Below are positions 1 to 10,389 of a stretch of 64,000 bases of DNA, piece after piece. The notes beneath the pieces were generated by a model. The model was not told the origin of the DNA. It did not search any database and was given only the letters and a program-made list of their open reading frames with translations. The position numbers and the translations under genes are program-made. Location: assembly GCA_965216875.1 (NCBI GenBank), contig OZ244207.1:4608001-4672000 (forward strand), written 5' to 3'. The stretch comes from Rubripirellula sp. Lineage in GTDB: Bacteria; Planctomycetota; Planctomycetia; Pirellulales; Pirellulaceae. Every line of letters starts with the position of its first letter. Position 1 is the first letter of the stretch.

Positions 1-1
1 G

Positions 2-1717
2 AAAAACGAAGTCGGTTATGTCGATGCGCGCGGCGATCGTTTGAAATCCGAAGTGCTCCGCGTGTTTGGCCAAACCGCGGACATGCAAGTCTTCGAAGAA
101 ACCCAAGGAGTCCAGGTGGGTGACTCCGTCGATTTGACCAAAGAGATGTTGCCAGCCGTCCTCGGTCCCGGCCTCCTTGGTACGGTGTTCGACGGTTTGC
201 AGAACCCACTTCATCGACTCGCCGAAATCGATGGCTTCTTTCTCAAGCGTGGCCGGACAGTCGAACCGCTATCGACAAAGACCCTGTGGTCCTTTGAGGC
301 AAAATGCAAGGTTGGCGACAAGCTCCGCGCCGGCGACGTGATCGGCACCGTGCCCGAAAGGGCGATCACGCACAAAGTCATGGTCCCTTTCTCGCTGCAA
401 GAGGAGGTCACCGTCACTTGGGTCTCCAGTGGCAATCACACTCTTGATCAAGTTGTCATGCGTTGTCGTGACACGCGGGGACGTGACCACGCATTCACCA
501 TGATGCAAACTTGGCCGGTACGTCGGCCGCTGCCAGCTCGGTTACTGAAACAACGGTTCTCTCAACGCGAGTTTCCGACGCAACGCTTGACCACAACGAT
601 TCGTTTGATCGACACGTTCTTTCCCATCGCTCGAGGCGGAACGGCATGTATCCCCGGTCCCTTCGGCGCCGGCAAGACGGTGCTGCAAGGCTTGATCGCT
701 CGCTACTCCGCCGTCGACATCGTGATTGTCGTTGCGTGTGGCGAGCGGGCCGGAGAAGTCCTTGAAACGGTCACCGAGTTTTCCGAAATGGCTGACCCTC
801 AAGGCAGCGGCAAATTGATCGACCGCACGATCATCATTTGCAACACTTCATCGATGCCGGTCGCCGCACGCGAAGCCTCGATCTACATGGGCATCACGCT
901 CGGCGAATACTATCGGCAAATGGGCCTCAACGTTTTGTTGATTGCTGACTCGACGTCCCGATGGGCTCAGGCGATGCGAGAAACCTCGGGTCGTCTCGAA
1001 GAGATCCCAGGGGAAGAAGCCTTTCCTGCCTATCTCGATTCGTCGATCAAAGGCGTTTACGAACGCGCGGGGGTGGTCCGCACCAATGACAATTCGGTCG
1101 GCAGCTTGACCATGATCGGCACCGTTTCGCCAGCAGGGGGTAACTTCGAGGAACCGGTGACCCAATCAACCTTGGGCGCCGTCAAATGCTTCCTCGGCTT
1201 GTCGTCCGATCGTGCTTACAAACGTTTCTATCCGGCCATCGACCCGTTGCTCTCGTGGTCACGTTACCTCCAGCAGCTGAAACCTCAACTGGATGCAGAA
1301 CTGGAACCTGGCTGGACCGATGCAGTGCAAGAAATGACCGAGATGATGCATCGCGGTGACGCCGTCAACCAAATGATGCAGGTCACCGGCGAAGAAGGCG
1401 TCTCAATGGAAGACTTCATCGAATTCCAAAGGGCAACCTTTGTTGACATGGTGTTCTTGCAACAAGACGCGTTCGATTCGGTCGATGTCTCGATGCCGAT
1501 TGAACGCCAGAAAGAATCGTTCCAACTCATCCGCAAGCTGATTCTTCGTGACTACCCGTTCACCACCAAAGAAGACGTGCGCAACTTTTTCACACGACTG
1601 ACGGGGCTCTACAAGAATCTCAATTACGCCGAGTGGAACTCGCCCCAGCACAAATCACTGCTCGAGCAGATCCACCAACTCCAGCGAACGGCTGATGCGG
1701 GACAAGTCGCGGGCTAA
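2..1717 (+). CDS. ntpA: V/A-type ATP synthase subunit A (5'-partial)
   Basis: Walker A GPFGAGKT, ACGERAGE, ADSTSRWAQAMRE, PGEEAFPAYL, VSPAGGNFEEPVTQ. The frame is open from position 2 (KNEVGYVDARGDRL...), so the start lies upstream of the window. Confidence 0.93.
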   Translation, partial: KNEVGYVDARGDRLKSEVLRVFGQTADMQVFEETQGVQVGDSVDLTKEMLPAVLGPGLLGTVFDGLQNPLHRLAEIDGFFLKRGRTVEPLSTKTLWSFEAKCKVGDKLRAGDVIGTVPERAITHKVMVPFSLQEEVTVTWVSSGNHTLDQVVMRCRDTRGRDHAFTMMQTWPVRRPLPARLLKQRFSQREFPTQRLTTTIRLIDTFFPIARGGTACIPGPFGAGKTVLQGLIARYSAVDIVIVVACGERAGEVLETVTEFSEMADPQGSGKLIDRTIIICNTSSMPVAAREASIYMGITLGEYYRQMGLNVLLIADSTSRWAQAMRETSGRLEEIPGEEAFPAYLDSSIKGVYERAGVVRTNDNSVGSLTMIGTVSPAGGNFEEPVTQSTLGAVKCFLGLSSDRAYKRFYPAIDPLLSWSRYLQQLKPQLDAELEPGWTDAVQEMTEMMHRGDAVNQMMQVTGEEGVSMEDFIEFQRATFVDMVFLQQDAFDSVDVSMPIERQKESFQLIRKLILRDYPFTTKEDVRNFFTRLTGLYKNLNYAEWNSPQHKSLLEQIHQLQRTADAGQVAG

Positions 1718-1741
1718 TTGACTGTGACAGCAGTTTGGGAA

Positions 1742-1833
1742 GTGCCCGTGAGCCGCTGGCCGTCAGGCCCTTGCCGACGAGCAGCTATGGTAAAGGCGCT
1801 CAAAGCCCGGCCGCTTACGCGATCACGGCTCAC
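1742..1833 (+). repeat. Repeat family A, ~90-100 bp palindromic element GTGAGCCG...CGGCTCAC
   Basis: Related copies at 52969-53067 (+) and 45825-45924 (-); partial or diverged copies at 25093-25197, 27378-27409 and 30237-30271. Confidence 0.85.
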
Positions 1834-2020
1834 AGGTGAGCGGCAAGACGCTAGCCGCCTGTTCTGTTCTTTGCCACCGAATTCACCGAGTACGAATACG
1901 AGAGATTGGTTCTCGACATCACAACGAGTTTCTTACTCAGTGCTCTCTGTGTGTGGCTTACTCAGCTCAATTGCAGCGTCCGCCGCACGGCAGAACCTGG
2001 GTTCTCAACCCTTAAGTTGC

Positions 2021-2347
2021 TTACCAACCGTAGTAGTAATCGTAGTGCGAATAGACGACAGGTCGGCCAATCGAAATGGAAACCGAGGGGACGACCACGG
2101 GTCGGTAGGTGCGATAGGTCGGAACAACGATTGAAGGCCGGTGATAGTAACCGACAACTGGACGATGCGAGTGGTAAACCACGGGTCGGTGCACTCGGTG
2201 ATAGTGCGAGTGGTAGACCACTGGCCGGTGCGAGTGATAAACGCGGGAGTATCGCCGATGGAGTCCCCATCCAGCATCCGCGGTGTCCGTGCCGATCCAG
2301 CAGGTTGCGCCCAGCAGCGCCGTCATCAAAAAGATTCGCGAAAACAT
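2021..2347 (-). CDS. Small secreted His/Arg/Tyr/Val-rich repeat protein (108 aa)
   Basis: ATG at 2347 preceded by AAAAGGTGA. Signal peptide ends TADA. Mature part is built of YHSHRPVV-like repeats. Confidence 0.75.
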   Translation of the reverse strand: MFSRIFLMTALLGATCWIGTDTADAGWGLHRRYSRVYHSHRPVVYHSHYHRVHRPVVYHSHRPVVGYYHRPSIVVPTYRTYRPVVVPSVSISIGRPVVYSHYDYYYGW

Positions 2348-2480
2348 CGAATCACCTTTTGTAGGTTCGTTTGTTGAAGGTTCAAAACGTGGCACCAGAC
2401 CTGCGCGATTGTAGCGGCCACAACGAGGATGACCAGTCATAAAACAACGCGTTTTCGAGCCCTGCAATCCGCGTGATTTC

Positions 2481-5400
2481 CTAGCCCTGCCATGTGGCGA
2501 GCGTTCGGGCATAGTTGCGAAGCTTGTCTTTGTTCTTTTCAAGCGCCATCAGGCCGGCCAAAAGGAGTACGCCGGTCGTGATGCCAAACACCCACCAGGG
2601 CCAATACGCATCGATTGAACGCTGCGCGTGCCAGACCATGCTGGTCACTCCCATAAAAACAAAGGTCGCACCTAGGTAAAGGAATGGGCGGACTCGCAGA
2701 AGTACTCCAGCGAGCATTCCAGCAAGCGCCAACAGAATCAAAATGATCGGGCCATAGATGGTTGATCCGATTTCTTGCAGCAACATGTCCGCCGTGCTGC
2801 TGACATAGATCACCAGTGTCGACGCGTAGCGAATGGCCGAGGACGTGACCCGATCCAAGCGATCGCGATAGAGGTGCGCGACGACCAAGACGCATACAGC
2901 CGGTGGAATCAACCAAGCTTGCGGATGTACGAGGAAATGCCAATTGTCGTGTTGCGCCAACACCACCCACAGCGCAGCGTTGCCCAAGACAATCGCGGCA
3001 ATGCGTGGAACGACCTGCTTCCACATCACCGACAAACCGAGGTAGTAGATTGCGCCTGCAGCCAACAACCAGTCGTATTTGATGACGCCGCCAGTAAAGG
3101 CCCAAGAGTACTCGCCGAAGGACGGGCTCAACCAGAAACCGACCACGGGAATCAGCGGCAAGTAAAACGCGGTGTGTCGAAGCGTTTCGGACAAGACGCG
3201 ATCACCGCGTCGTTTTGCCCAATCAGTGATGCCGACGCTCACAAACGCGAGTCCCATCACGATGAATGGCCAGTAGCTTCGCAGCCCAACAAACGCCCAG
3301 TTCGTTTTGCAAAGAAAGATGTGCAACCACGTTAGTCCACCAATCGCTTGGGCTGCCAAGATCAATCCACGCCGCTGGCCGTCACTGAGTTGCAACCAAG
3401 CAACGCCGCGGTCTTTTGCAGACACGATCGCGATCAATCCCGCAATTGCGGCCAGTCCGCCGAGGGTGATCGCGACGCCAATCACCATTGGACGTGAAAT
3501 GCCCGCGATCCCTTCTGGAGTTCGCACAATCGCTTCGGTCACAAACATCACGACCAAAGAGCCAACGGTTGTGGCGGCGGCGACAAAGGAACCGCGGCGA
3601 AGGGCAGGGTACCAATCGGTTGCAATTCGCTCGCCAAACAGACGCGGTACAGCAAACAGCAGAGTCGGAATCAACACGACCGATGCCACCAACCATTGCA
3701 TCGACGCTGTGAGAATTGGATGAGCCGAATCGACGGCATCCACACTCGCCAAGAGGCCCACGGCGACCAAGCCAGTCGAAATCGCTGCGTGACGCAGAAC
3801 CGAATGGTTTGACTGCTGGGCCAATTCGACCATTGCAATGGCGACCATGCCCACGGCGATCGTCGTCAGTTGACATACGCGTGCATCGACACCCGCGGCG
3901 ATCATGCCAATACAAACAACCGCGGCGAAGCCACCCACCAATGTGGAAACGACGACATGCGAAGTGTTGAGCTGGCTCGCTCGCACTCGCGTCATCGTGG
4001 GCAACACCGAACGACAAGCGGCGACCGCGTAGCCGACAGCTGGCAGCAGGTAGGCAACCAGGGCAACGGCAAACCCGGACGAGAGGGCTGCGACCATGAA
4101 ACGTTGATGAGTTGGCAACGCGTAACGGGTTGCGACATACACAGCCCCAAGAGCCGTCGCCGCGGTGATCAAACCGCAGGATGCCATCCAAACCACTTTG
4201 CGACTGGCCCGGGTCACCGTAGACGCTGCGACGGCGACGTAACACGCGACGCGTGTCCACAGCAAAGTGCCCGGTGTCACCGCTCCATCCCATGCAGTGA
4301 TGAAGTAGTACGTCTCGACGACGGCTGCCGAGAGCATTAAATAGGAAAACTCGACGTCGGCAAGCGAAATCGCCGTGCCCTTCCATTTCCAGCTCCGGTC
4401 GGGTGTCAGCATTCGCCAACCGATCACCCAACCACAAATCCAACCAATCCCGATGGTCCACTTCACCGGCCATGGATGCCCGCTACCAAACGTGTCAATC
4501 ACAAAAAGACCAAGCACAATCGTTGCCCAACAAAGCACGCGAGCGGCAACCTGTTTGTCGATCGCTGCCGATCGGTCTTGGGCGACGCAAACCGCGAGCA
4601 AGCCTGCGCACACGACCCCAACCATTCCGATCCAGGGCATCCAAACCACCGAACTCAGCCAAGACGCGCCGATCGCGATCGACATGATCGAAATCGACAG
4701 GATCGCTGCATGCCAGAAATCAAAGCTGGCTGCTTTCAAGCGATAGCGAACCAGCGAAGCGACAACGGCAGCCGCCCAAATTGCAACGAGGGTTTCGGCG
4801 GCCTGGGACGCAGGAATCCAGCCTGCCAGGAAAGCCAGCCATGCCGCTTGCCCTGCCAAGACCGTCAAAACGAACGGCCAGCTTGCGATTGCCCATCTAC
4901 CTTGAAGCGGAAGCAGCAAGACCAATGCCGCGGCAACGGAGATAGCAACACTTGCTGGCCCAAAGGCAAAGTTAAAGATTGCGAGGTCAAACAAGATGCG
5001 GATCGTCACCATTGACGCCGAGATCAACCCAACCGCAATCGCTGCTGACGCGGAAGAGAGCATTGCATGCGTGAATGCCGACAACCAATCTCTCTTTCGA
5101 CCAAGGGTGTACACCACTGCGGACCAAACCAAGGCAGCGATGGCTGCAGATTGAATCCACATCATCGGAGTCGAAAGGGTCAGCGCGGGGACGGCGATAA
5201 AGGTCGCTGACGGAACGAGCGCCGCGGCTGCAAGAGCAGCGTTGGAGCTGCCTTTTTTCGCCGCGAACCAGCACAGGCCGCCGGCCGCAGTTGCCCACCA
5301 TCCGACCACTGCAAACGTCGCGAATCGGTTGGCGATTTCACCTGCGACCACGTGATCGAGCCAGCCCTCGGCCAACACCACCACCGAGGATACAACGATG

Positions 5401-8258
5401 ACCACTGCGGCTACCGCCGACGGGTAGTCACCCGACAGTGCGAGGTTGATGCGACCCAATCGGCGTTGACCGCCGAATTGCAAAGCAACCGCACCGGCGG
5501 CGATGACCGTGGTTGCCGCCACCAAACGCTGCATCGGTTCCTCAAGCAACCATTGGCTTGCCGTCGTCGAAGCAAAGACGACAACGGCAAGAGCGACCGT
5601 TGCTTGCAGGATACTCGACGTGCGTTCTTGGATTCGCAAACGGTCATGGCGACTCACCCAAACGGTCGCGACCGCTGTCATCGCGAGCGCCGCAGTTGGA
5701 AACTGCCACGACACGTCGGCAAGCACTCTTATTGAATCAGAGACCTGGGCCGAAAGTGCCGCGAAACTCCAAACCGCCCCAATGGCAACAAGTCCTGTGC
5801 TGGCAAGAACGAGCACTCCGTCGATTGATCGGTCGGCGCCAAAGGTTTCCCGTCGCAAAAAACTCAAACGGCGTCGAATCACGCGCAACCGAAGGGAAGC
5901 TGATTCGCGCACCAACATCCATAGGATCGCAACGGTGGCACTCGCGATCGCCCAATTCCAAATCGCCGCTCCCGAAGACCAAGCCTGTCCGGCAAACAGG
6001 TACTCATGAAACCTGCCATAACCAATCACCACAGCGCATGCGACGGACGCCAATTGTGCTCCGCCAAGAAGCGCTGTCGAGCGAACGCGCGTCGCGGTCA
6101 TGAATAGAATCACGGCACTACCAGCCAGCGTCCAAGCCGACGTCGACCAATTTTCTGTGGCGGTCATGCAGGCCACCGTCGATCCGCAGACCGCAGCGCC
6201 AATCGCAAGGGTCTGCCACAACTGAATCGAAGCCAACATCTCCTTGGTCGCCCACTTGGGAATCTTGACGGCGACTTCAGAGAGGACCGACCAAGTCGCA
6301 GCGATCGCTACTGCGGTAACCATCCATTCGCTGGCACTGCCGAGCCAAGGTGACTCGAAAAACTCAAGTGGCCGAATGACCGAACACCAAGCCAGCGCGA
6401 TTGCCAACGACGGAACGGGCGATGCATATCGACTGCGTGTGCACGCGTAGGTTCCAACAGCGGCCGTGGCTGCCAAGATCGACGTCACCGACCACCAAGG
6501 TGCGACGCCGAGGAGTGTGTCACTGCAAAGAGCCAATGCTCCGGCGATCACGATCAGTTCAAGGCACCAGAAACCTGCCGCGTAGGACAGCCACTGACGC
6601 CGTGGTTGGCTTCGAACCACAGCCAAAACCGCCGCGGTCGAAAGGGCGACCAACGCCGAGGCCAACATGGCCGATCCGCTGATAAAGCGATTCCAAACCT
6701 CGATCGAATCCCATGCAACGCCTTCGATCCAGAGATGCGAGGTCAACACCGTCACGATGCCCACAGGAAGCGTGGCCAGCAGTAGCCATTGAGGTTGTCG
6801 GAGTCTCCATCCGACGAGTGTGCCCGATGCGGAGAACGCAGCTGCCCAGGTCCACAGCCACTTCGGATCTCGCATTGCCGCCGGAACAATCGTCCAGCAG
6901 ACGGCGATCAGTACCGTGCAAACGACCGCACCCACCATACTTTGGGTCGCCCGCCGAGCCCCCTTCATCAACGATCGGCCCACTCCCGCATAGGCGACAA
7001 AGGTTGGAACGATTGCGATCGCGATCGCAAGCAGCGCATCGGCGCCGAAATCGATGGTTTGGAATACGGTGTAACCGACCGCGACCGCGGTCGCAAATGC
7101 GCTGACCGAAATCGCGGTGATGTAGCTTCGACTGGTAACGACGCCCATCTTGGTTTCGCGGCGCCGCATCCTCACCATCTCCACAAGAGAGAATACGATG
7201 CCCGTCGATCCGATGGCGAGGAACCAACCGGCACCGGCGACAAAAGAACGAATCAGCGCCGGCACAAAGGGAATCAGCGCGGCGGGAGCGAGAACGCTGA
7301 CGGCAACGTGGCGTGCATAAGGACCGGTAAGCGCGCGACCTCCCATCCACAACAGCACGCTGTAAACCAAACCCGCCAGCGAGATCGCTGCGAGCGTGAT
7401 GGGATCGTTGAGCGCGACCGCATCCTGTCCCGTTCCCGCAGCCGCTAAACCAGCCACAACGCTCAATGGCACCAGCAGCGTCGCGATGACCAGAACGGCA
7501 CGACTGGTGTGACGCAGTCGCCATCGCGACAACGTGTACAACCCGGCAGCATAGATCGCGGTGTTGGCCGCCAAGAAGATGAGCGACGGAATCACTCGAT
7601 GCGTGTCGACCAAAGGTTTCCACAGACTGATCACCAACCCAATCGAACAAACCACAATCAAGATGCCTGCGACCAGTTCGCCCCAACGAATGTTGTGCGC
7701 ATGCAAAAACGATTGAATCATTTCTGCTTTGGACAATACCGGCGCCGGTGGCTCCGACGGAACGATCGCTGTTTCTTTCGGCGGTTCGGAAACCGCGCGG
7801 GAAGAGGTGACGACAGGTGCCGATGACGATTCCTCGTTGGGCTCGTCGACCAGGGTAGCAAGGATGGGTGCTTCGGTCGCAGGCGGCGATGCCGGTTCGG
7901 TCGGGACGGGCTGGAGTGGGGGTGTCTCTGGATGTGCCTCAGATTGTGTCGCTGTGACTTCCAAACCTCGATCGGCTTGATGAATGCTGCCGGTGGTTTG
8001 CCCGAGTTGCAGGTTACGAATCTGAGTGCGCAACTCGTCTGCTTGGGTTTCGTCGATCAAGCGCGCATGGAGCAGGCGATGGATCACGCGCCGTGCCGCT
8101 TCGGCGTCGTGGTGAGTACTGGTAGGCGTTTTGGATTGATTTGACTTGTGGGGCGAGTCGGTCAGGGCACGAAAAATTGCGACGATGATGAGCCAGCTGC
8201 CGTGACCGACCAGAATGGTGAACATCCAAAAAAGAAAGAGTGCGAGAAGGATTTCCAC
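2481..8258 (-). CDS. Very large polytopic membrane protein, function unknown (1925 aa)
   Basis: Long uninterrupted ORF. N-terminal TM segment, Pro/Glu-rich linker, then dozens of hydrophobic segments. Confidence 0.85.
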   Translation of the reverse strand: MEILLALFLFWMFTILVGHGSWLIIVAIFRALTDSPHKSNQSKTPTSTHHDAEAARRVIHRLLHARLIDETQADELRTQIRNLQLGQTTGSIHQADRGLEVTATQSEAHPETPPLQPVPTEPASPPATEAPILATLVDEPNEESSSAPVVTSSRAVSEPPKETAIVPSEPPAPVLSKAEMIQSFLHAHNIRWGELVAGILIVVCSIGLVISLWKPLVDTHRVIPSLIFLAANTAIYAAGLYTLSRWRLRHTSRAVLVIATLLVPLSVVAGLAAAGTGQDAVALNDPITLAAISLAGLVYSVLLWMGGRALTGPYARHVAVSVLAPAALIPFVPALIRSFVAGAGWFLAIGSTGIVFSLVEMVRMRRRETKMGVVTSRSYITAISVSAFATAVAVGYTVFQTIDFGADALLAIAIAIVPTFVAYAGVGRSLMKGARRATQSMVGAVVCTVLIAVCWTIVPAAMRDPKWLWTWAAAFSASGTLVGWRLRQPQWLLLATLPVGIVTVLTSHLWIEGVAWDSIEVWNRFISGSAMLASALVALSTAAVLAVVRSQPRRQWLSYAAGFWCLELIVIAGALALCSDTLLGVAPWWSVTSILAATAAVGTYACTRSRYASPVPSLAIALAWCSVIRPLEFFESPWLGSASEWMVTAVAIAATWSVLSEVAVKIPKWATKEMLASIQLWQTLAIGAAVCGSTVACMTATENWSTSAWTLAGSAVILFMTATRVRSTALLGGAQLASVACAVVIGYGRFHEYLFAGQAWSSGAAIWNWAIASATVAILWMLVRESASLRLRVIRRRLSFLRRETFGADRSIDGVLVLASTGLVAIGAVWSFAALSAQVSDSIRVLADVSWQFPTAALAMTAVATVWVSRHDRLRIQERTSSILQATVALAVVVFASTTASQWLLEEPMQRLVAATTVIAAGAVALQFGGQRRLGRINLALSGDYPSAVAAVVIVVSSVVVLAEGWLDHVVAGEIANRFATFAVVGWWATAAGGLCWFAAKKGSSNAALAAAALVPSATFIAVPALTLSTPMMWIQSAAIAALVWSAVVYTLGRKRDWLSAFTHAMLSSASAAIAVGLISASMVTIRILFDLAIFNFAFGPASVAISVAAALVLLLPLQGRWAIASWPFVLTVLAGQAAWLAFLAGWIPASQAAETLVAIWAAAVVASLVRYRLKAASFDFWHAAILSISIMSIAIGASWLSSVVWMPWIGMVGVVCAGLLAVCVAQDRSAAIDKQVAARVLCWATIVLGLFVIDTFGSGHPWPVKWTIGIGWICGWVIGWRMLTPDRSWKWKGTAISLADVEFSYLMLSAAVVETYYFITAWDGAVTPGTLLWTRVACYVAVAASTVTRASRKVVWMASCGLITAATALGAVYVATRYALPTHQRFMVAALSSGFAVALVAYLLPAVGYAVAACRSVLPTMTRVRASQLNTSHVVVSTLVGGFAAVVCIGMIAAGVDARVCQLTTIAVGMVAIAMVELAQQSNHSVLRHAAISTGLVAVGLLASVDAVDSAHPILTASMQWLVASVVLIPTLLFAVPRLFGERIATDWYPALRRGSFVAAATTVGSLVVMFVTEAIVRTPEGIAGISRPMVIGVAITLGGLAAIAGLIAIVSAKDRGVAWLQLSDGQRRGLILAAQAIGGLTWLHIFLCKTNWAFVGLRSYWPFIVMGLAFVSVGITDWAKRRGDRVLSETLRHTAFYLPLIPVVGFWLSPSFGEYSWAFTGGVIKYDWLLAAGAIYYLGLSVMWKQVVPRIAAIVLGNAALWVVLAQHDNWHFLVHPQAWLIPPAVCVLVVAHLYRDRLDRVTSSAIRYASTLVIYVSSTADMLLQEIGSTIYGPIILILLALAGMLAGVLLRVRPFLYLGATFVFMGVTSMVWHAQRSIDAYWPWWVFGITTGVLLLAGLMALEKNKDKLRNYARTLATWQG

Positions 8259-8357
8259 GGTGCTCGCCTTGAGGTGGGTCAGTTTGGGTTCAGCAAATCA
8301 GGGAAAGACGGCCCTCTCACATCCAGAGCCTATTTCTTAGAGGGCTATACTTGGGAA

Positions 8358-9977
8358 ATGTCAGAATCTGGTGATCCCAACGAAACCATTGGCCACACAA
8401 GTGGGGAAGGTGTTCAGCCCCCACTCGAAGATGTGATGGCCGCGTATTTGGAGGCGGCCGAATCGGGAGAATCACCCGATCCAGCACAATTCCTCCTCGA
8501 TTATCCCGAGCACGCCCAAGAGCTGCAGAGCTTTTTTCGCAACCACCATTGGCTGGGCGAGGCGCCGGCCGAGTCGGCAACCTTGGTCGGGTCGCAAATT
8601 GGCCCCTACGAGATCGAAGCCGAAATCGCTCGCGGCGGCATGGGGGTCGTCTATCGTGCTCGCCAATCTGGGTTGGATCGACCCGTCGCGTTGAAGTTGA
8701 TCAGCAGTGGTGTGTTGGCCGGGCAGGAAGAACGCCGCCGTTTTCGCATTGAAGCCGAAGCGGCCGCACGACTGCATCATCCCGGAATCATCGCGATCCA
8801 CGAAATCGGCTCGTGGCAAGGCTATGAATACTTTTCGATGACCTTTGTCGACGGCCCAACGTTGCAAAAACGCGTCGACGAAGATTGCTTTGACGACGAA
8901 GAGGCCGCCAAGATCGTTCGCGACATTGCTCGCGCGGTCGCCTACGCTCACCAAACCGGAATCGTCCACCGCGACCTCAAACCCGAGAACATCTTGATCA
9001 GCGACGACGGTCGCCCGCTTGTCACCGACTTTGGATTGGCGAAATGGCATCGCGATGGAACGATGATCACTCGCACCGGTCAAGTTCTCGGCACACCCCA
9101 TTACATGAGTCCCGAACAAGCGTGTGGTCGTGGTGATGGCGATCAGGCAACCGACATCTATTCGCTTGGCGCCATTCTCTATGCCTTACTCACCGGCCGA
9201 CCGCCACACGTCGGTCCGTCGGCGGCCGAAGTCCTGCGAAGTGTCCTGCAAGATGAACCTGAACCGCCGCGTCAACTGCGCCGCGACGTCCCTGCCGACC
9301 TCGAAAACATCTGTCTCAAAGCGATCCGCTACCAGCCCGACGAGCGGTACGAATCGGCCAACGCGCTGGCCGACGACCTGCAACGCTACCTTTCAGGCGA
9401 AACCACCAGCGCCGCTGGCAGCGGATTGCTCGACCGCATGGCGCGCGAGATTCGTCGCGATCAACACCAGAACTTCTTCGAGGATTGGGGACGCACACTG
9501 GCGAGAATCGGGATCATCATCATGGTGGCCCACGTCGCAATCTTTGCGTTGGTCGAGATGCCCATTCCGGTATGGATCGCCTACTGGATTCCGCGAATCG
9601 GGATGATGATCGGGATCTTCGCCGCAATCTATCACGCCCGCGAAGGCGCGTTGCTGCCTCGGTCGGTTGCCGAACGACCGGTGTGGTCGATCTGGCTCGG
9701 ATACCTCGCCGCGCTGGGCGTGATCAACGTGTTGTTGATCTTTGGGGGCGGCGATCACCTTGAACTCTTTCCCGTCGCCTCTGCGCTGAGCGGCTTTGGT
9801 TTCATTGCCATGTCGGGGCACGTTTGGGGCGGTTCCGCAATCTTTGGGCTCGCCTTCCTTGTGGTCGCCGCGTTGACCGCGTTGCTGCCGCAGGCGGCTC
9901 CCCTTCTTTTTGGCGGCATGTGGTTGATCAGCATGCTCGGAATGGGGCGGCACTATCGTGCCAAGAGTGATCAATAG
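8358..9977 (+). CDS. Hanks-type Ser/Thr protein kinase with C-terminal TM domain
   Basis: ARGGMGVVY, VALK, HRDLKPEN, DFG, GTPHYMSPEQ, DIYSLG. The ATG at 8358 avoids overlap with the divergent gene. Confidence 0.93.
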   Translation: MSESGDPNETIGHTSGEGVQPPLEDVMAAYLEAAESGESPDPAQFLLDYPEHAQELQSFFRNHHWLGEAPAESATLVGSQIGPYEIEAEIARGGMGVVYRARQSGLDRPVALKLISSGVLAGQEERRRFRIEAEAAARLHHPGIIAIHEIGSWQGYEYFSMTFVDGPTLQKRVDEDCFDDEEAAKIVRDIARAVAYAHQTGIVHRDLKPENILISDDGRPLVTDFGLAKWHRDGTMITRTGQVLGTPHYMSPEQACGRGDGDQATDIYSLGAILYALLTGRPPHVGPSAAEVLRSVLQDEPEPPRQLRRDVPADLENICLKAIRYQPDERYESANALADDLQRYLSGETTSAAGSGLLDRMAREIRRDQHQNFFEDWGRTLARIGIIIMVAHVAIFALVEMPIPVWIAYWIPRIGMMIGIFAAIYHAREGALLPRSVAERPVWSIWLGYLAALGVINVLLIFGGGDHLELFPVASALSGFGFIAMSGHVWGGSAIFGLAFLVVAALTALLPQAAPLLFGGMWLISMLGMGRHYRAKSDQ

Positions 9978-10029
9978 TGCCGCGAATTGCAATTGCGCTT
10001 CCACTAGGCTTCGAAACTGCGCATTTCAA

Positions 10030-10131
10030 CACTCTCCCTTGGGAGAGTCGGGCTCTAAGGCCCGGAGAGGGTTTGTTTTGACCATTCCCTCCCCGGACTT
10101 TGCGTCCGACCCTCCCGCAAGCGGGAGGGTG
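10030..10131 (+). repeat. Repeat family B, ~102 bp multi-hairpin element
   Basis: CACTCTCCCTTGGGAGAGT...ACCCTCCCGCAAGCGGGAGGGTG. Other copies at 34799-34905 (-), 40552-40651 and 52809-52910. Confidence 0.92.
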
Positions 10132-10389
10132 ATTATTGGAACGCGCGTTAATCTGGGCAAGCACTTCACCTCATGGCACCGAAACTCCAATCCGCGGCAA
10201 AGCGTGGCAAGAGCGATCAAGCTTCCGAACGCGCAAAACCCGTCGCCGTCACATTCGGCTTAACCGACACTCGTGTCACCAAACCGAGGCCCGCTCGCCG
10301 AAGAAACCAACACGCGGTACTGCCGCGACACCGGTCGCAGTTTCACGGCGACTGGCTGAGTTGTTTCCCGCTCTCGCTGGCTTGGGCTC

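Noticed and set aside
1718..2134. ORFs 1718-2134, 9928-10263, 30294-30500, 34810-35172, 45825-46040 and 52805-53127
   Set aside because: They share peptide strings (e.g. LPLAGGSDAKS, VSRWPSG) only because they translate intergenic repeats.
8148..8357. N-terminal extension of the kinase as given in the ORF track
   Set aside because: It overlaps the divergent gene start; ATG 8358 is more plausible. Similar over-extensions were trimmed for the TolC-like gene, permease, GntR, manA and PARP.
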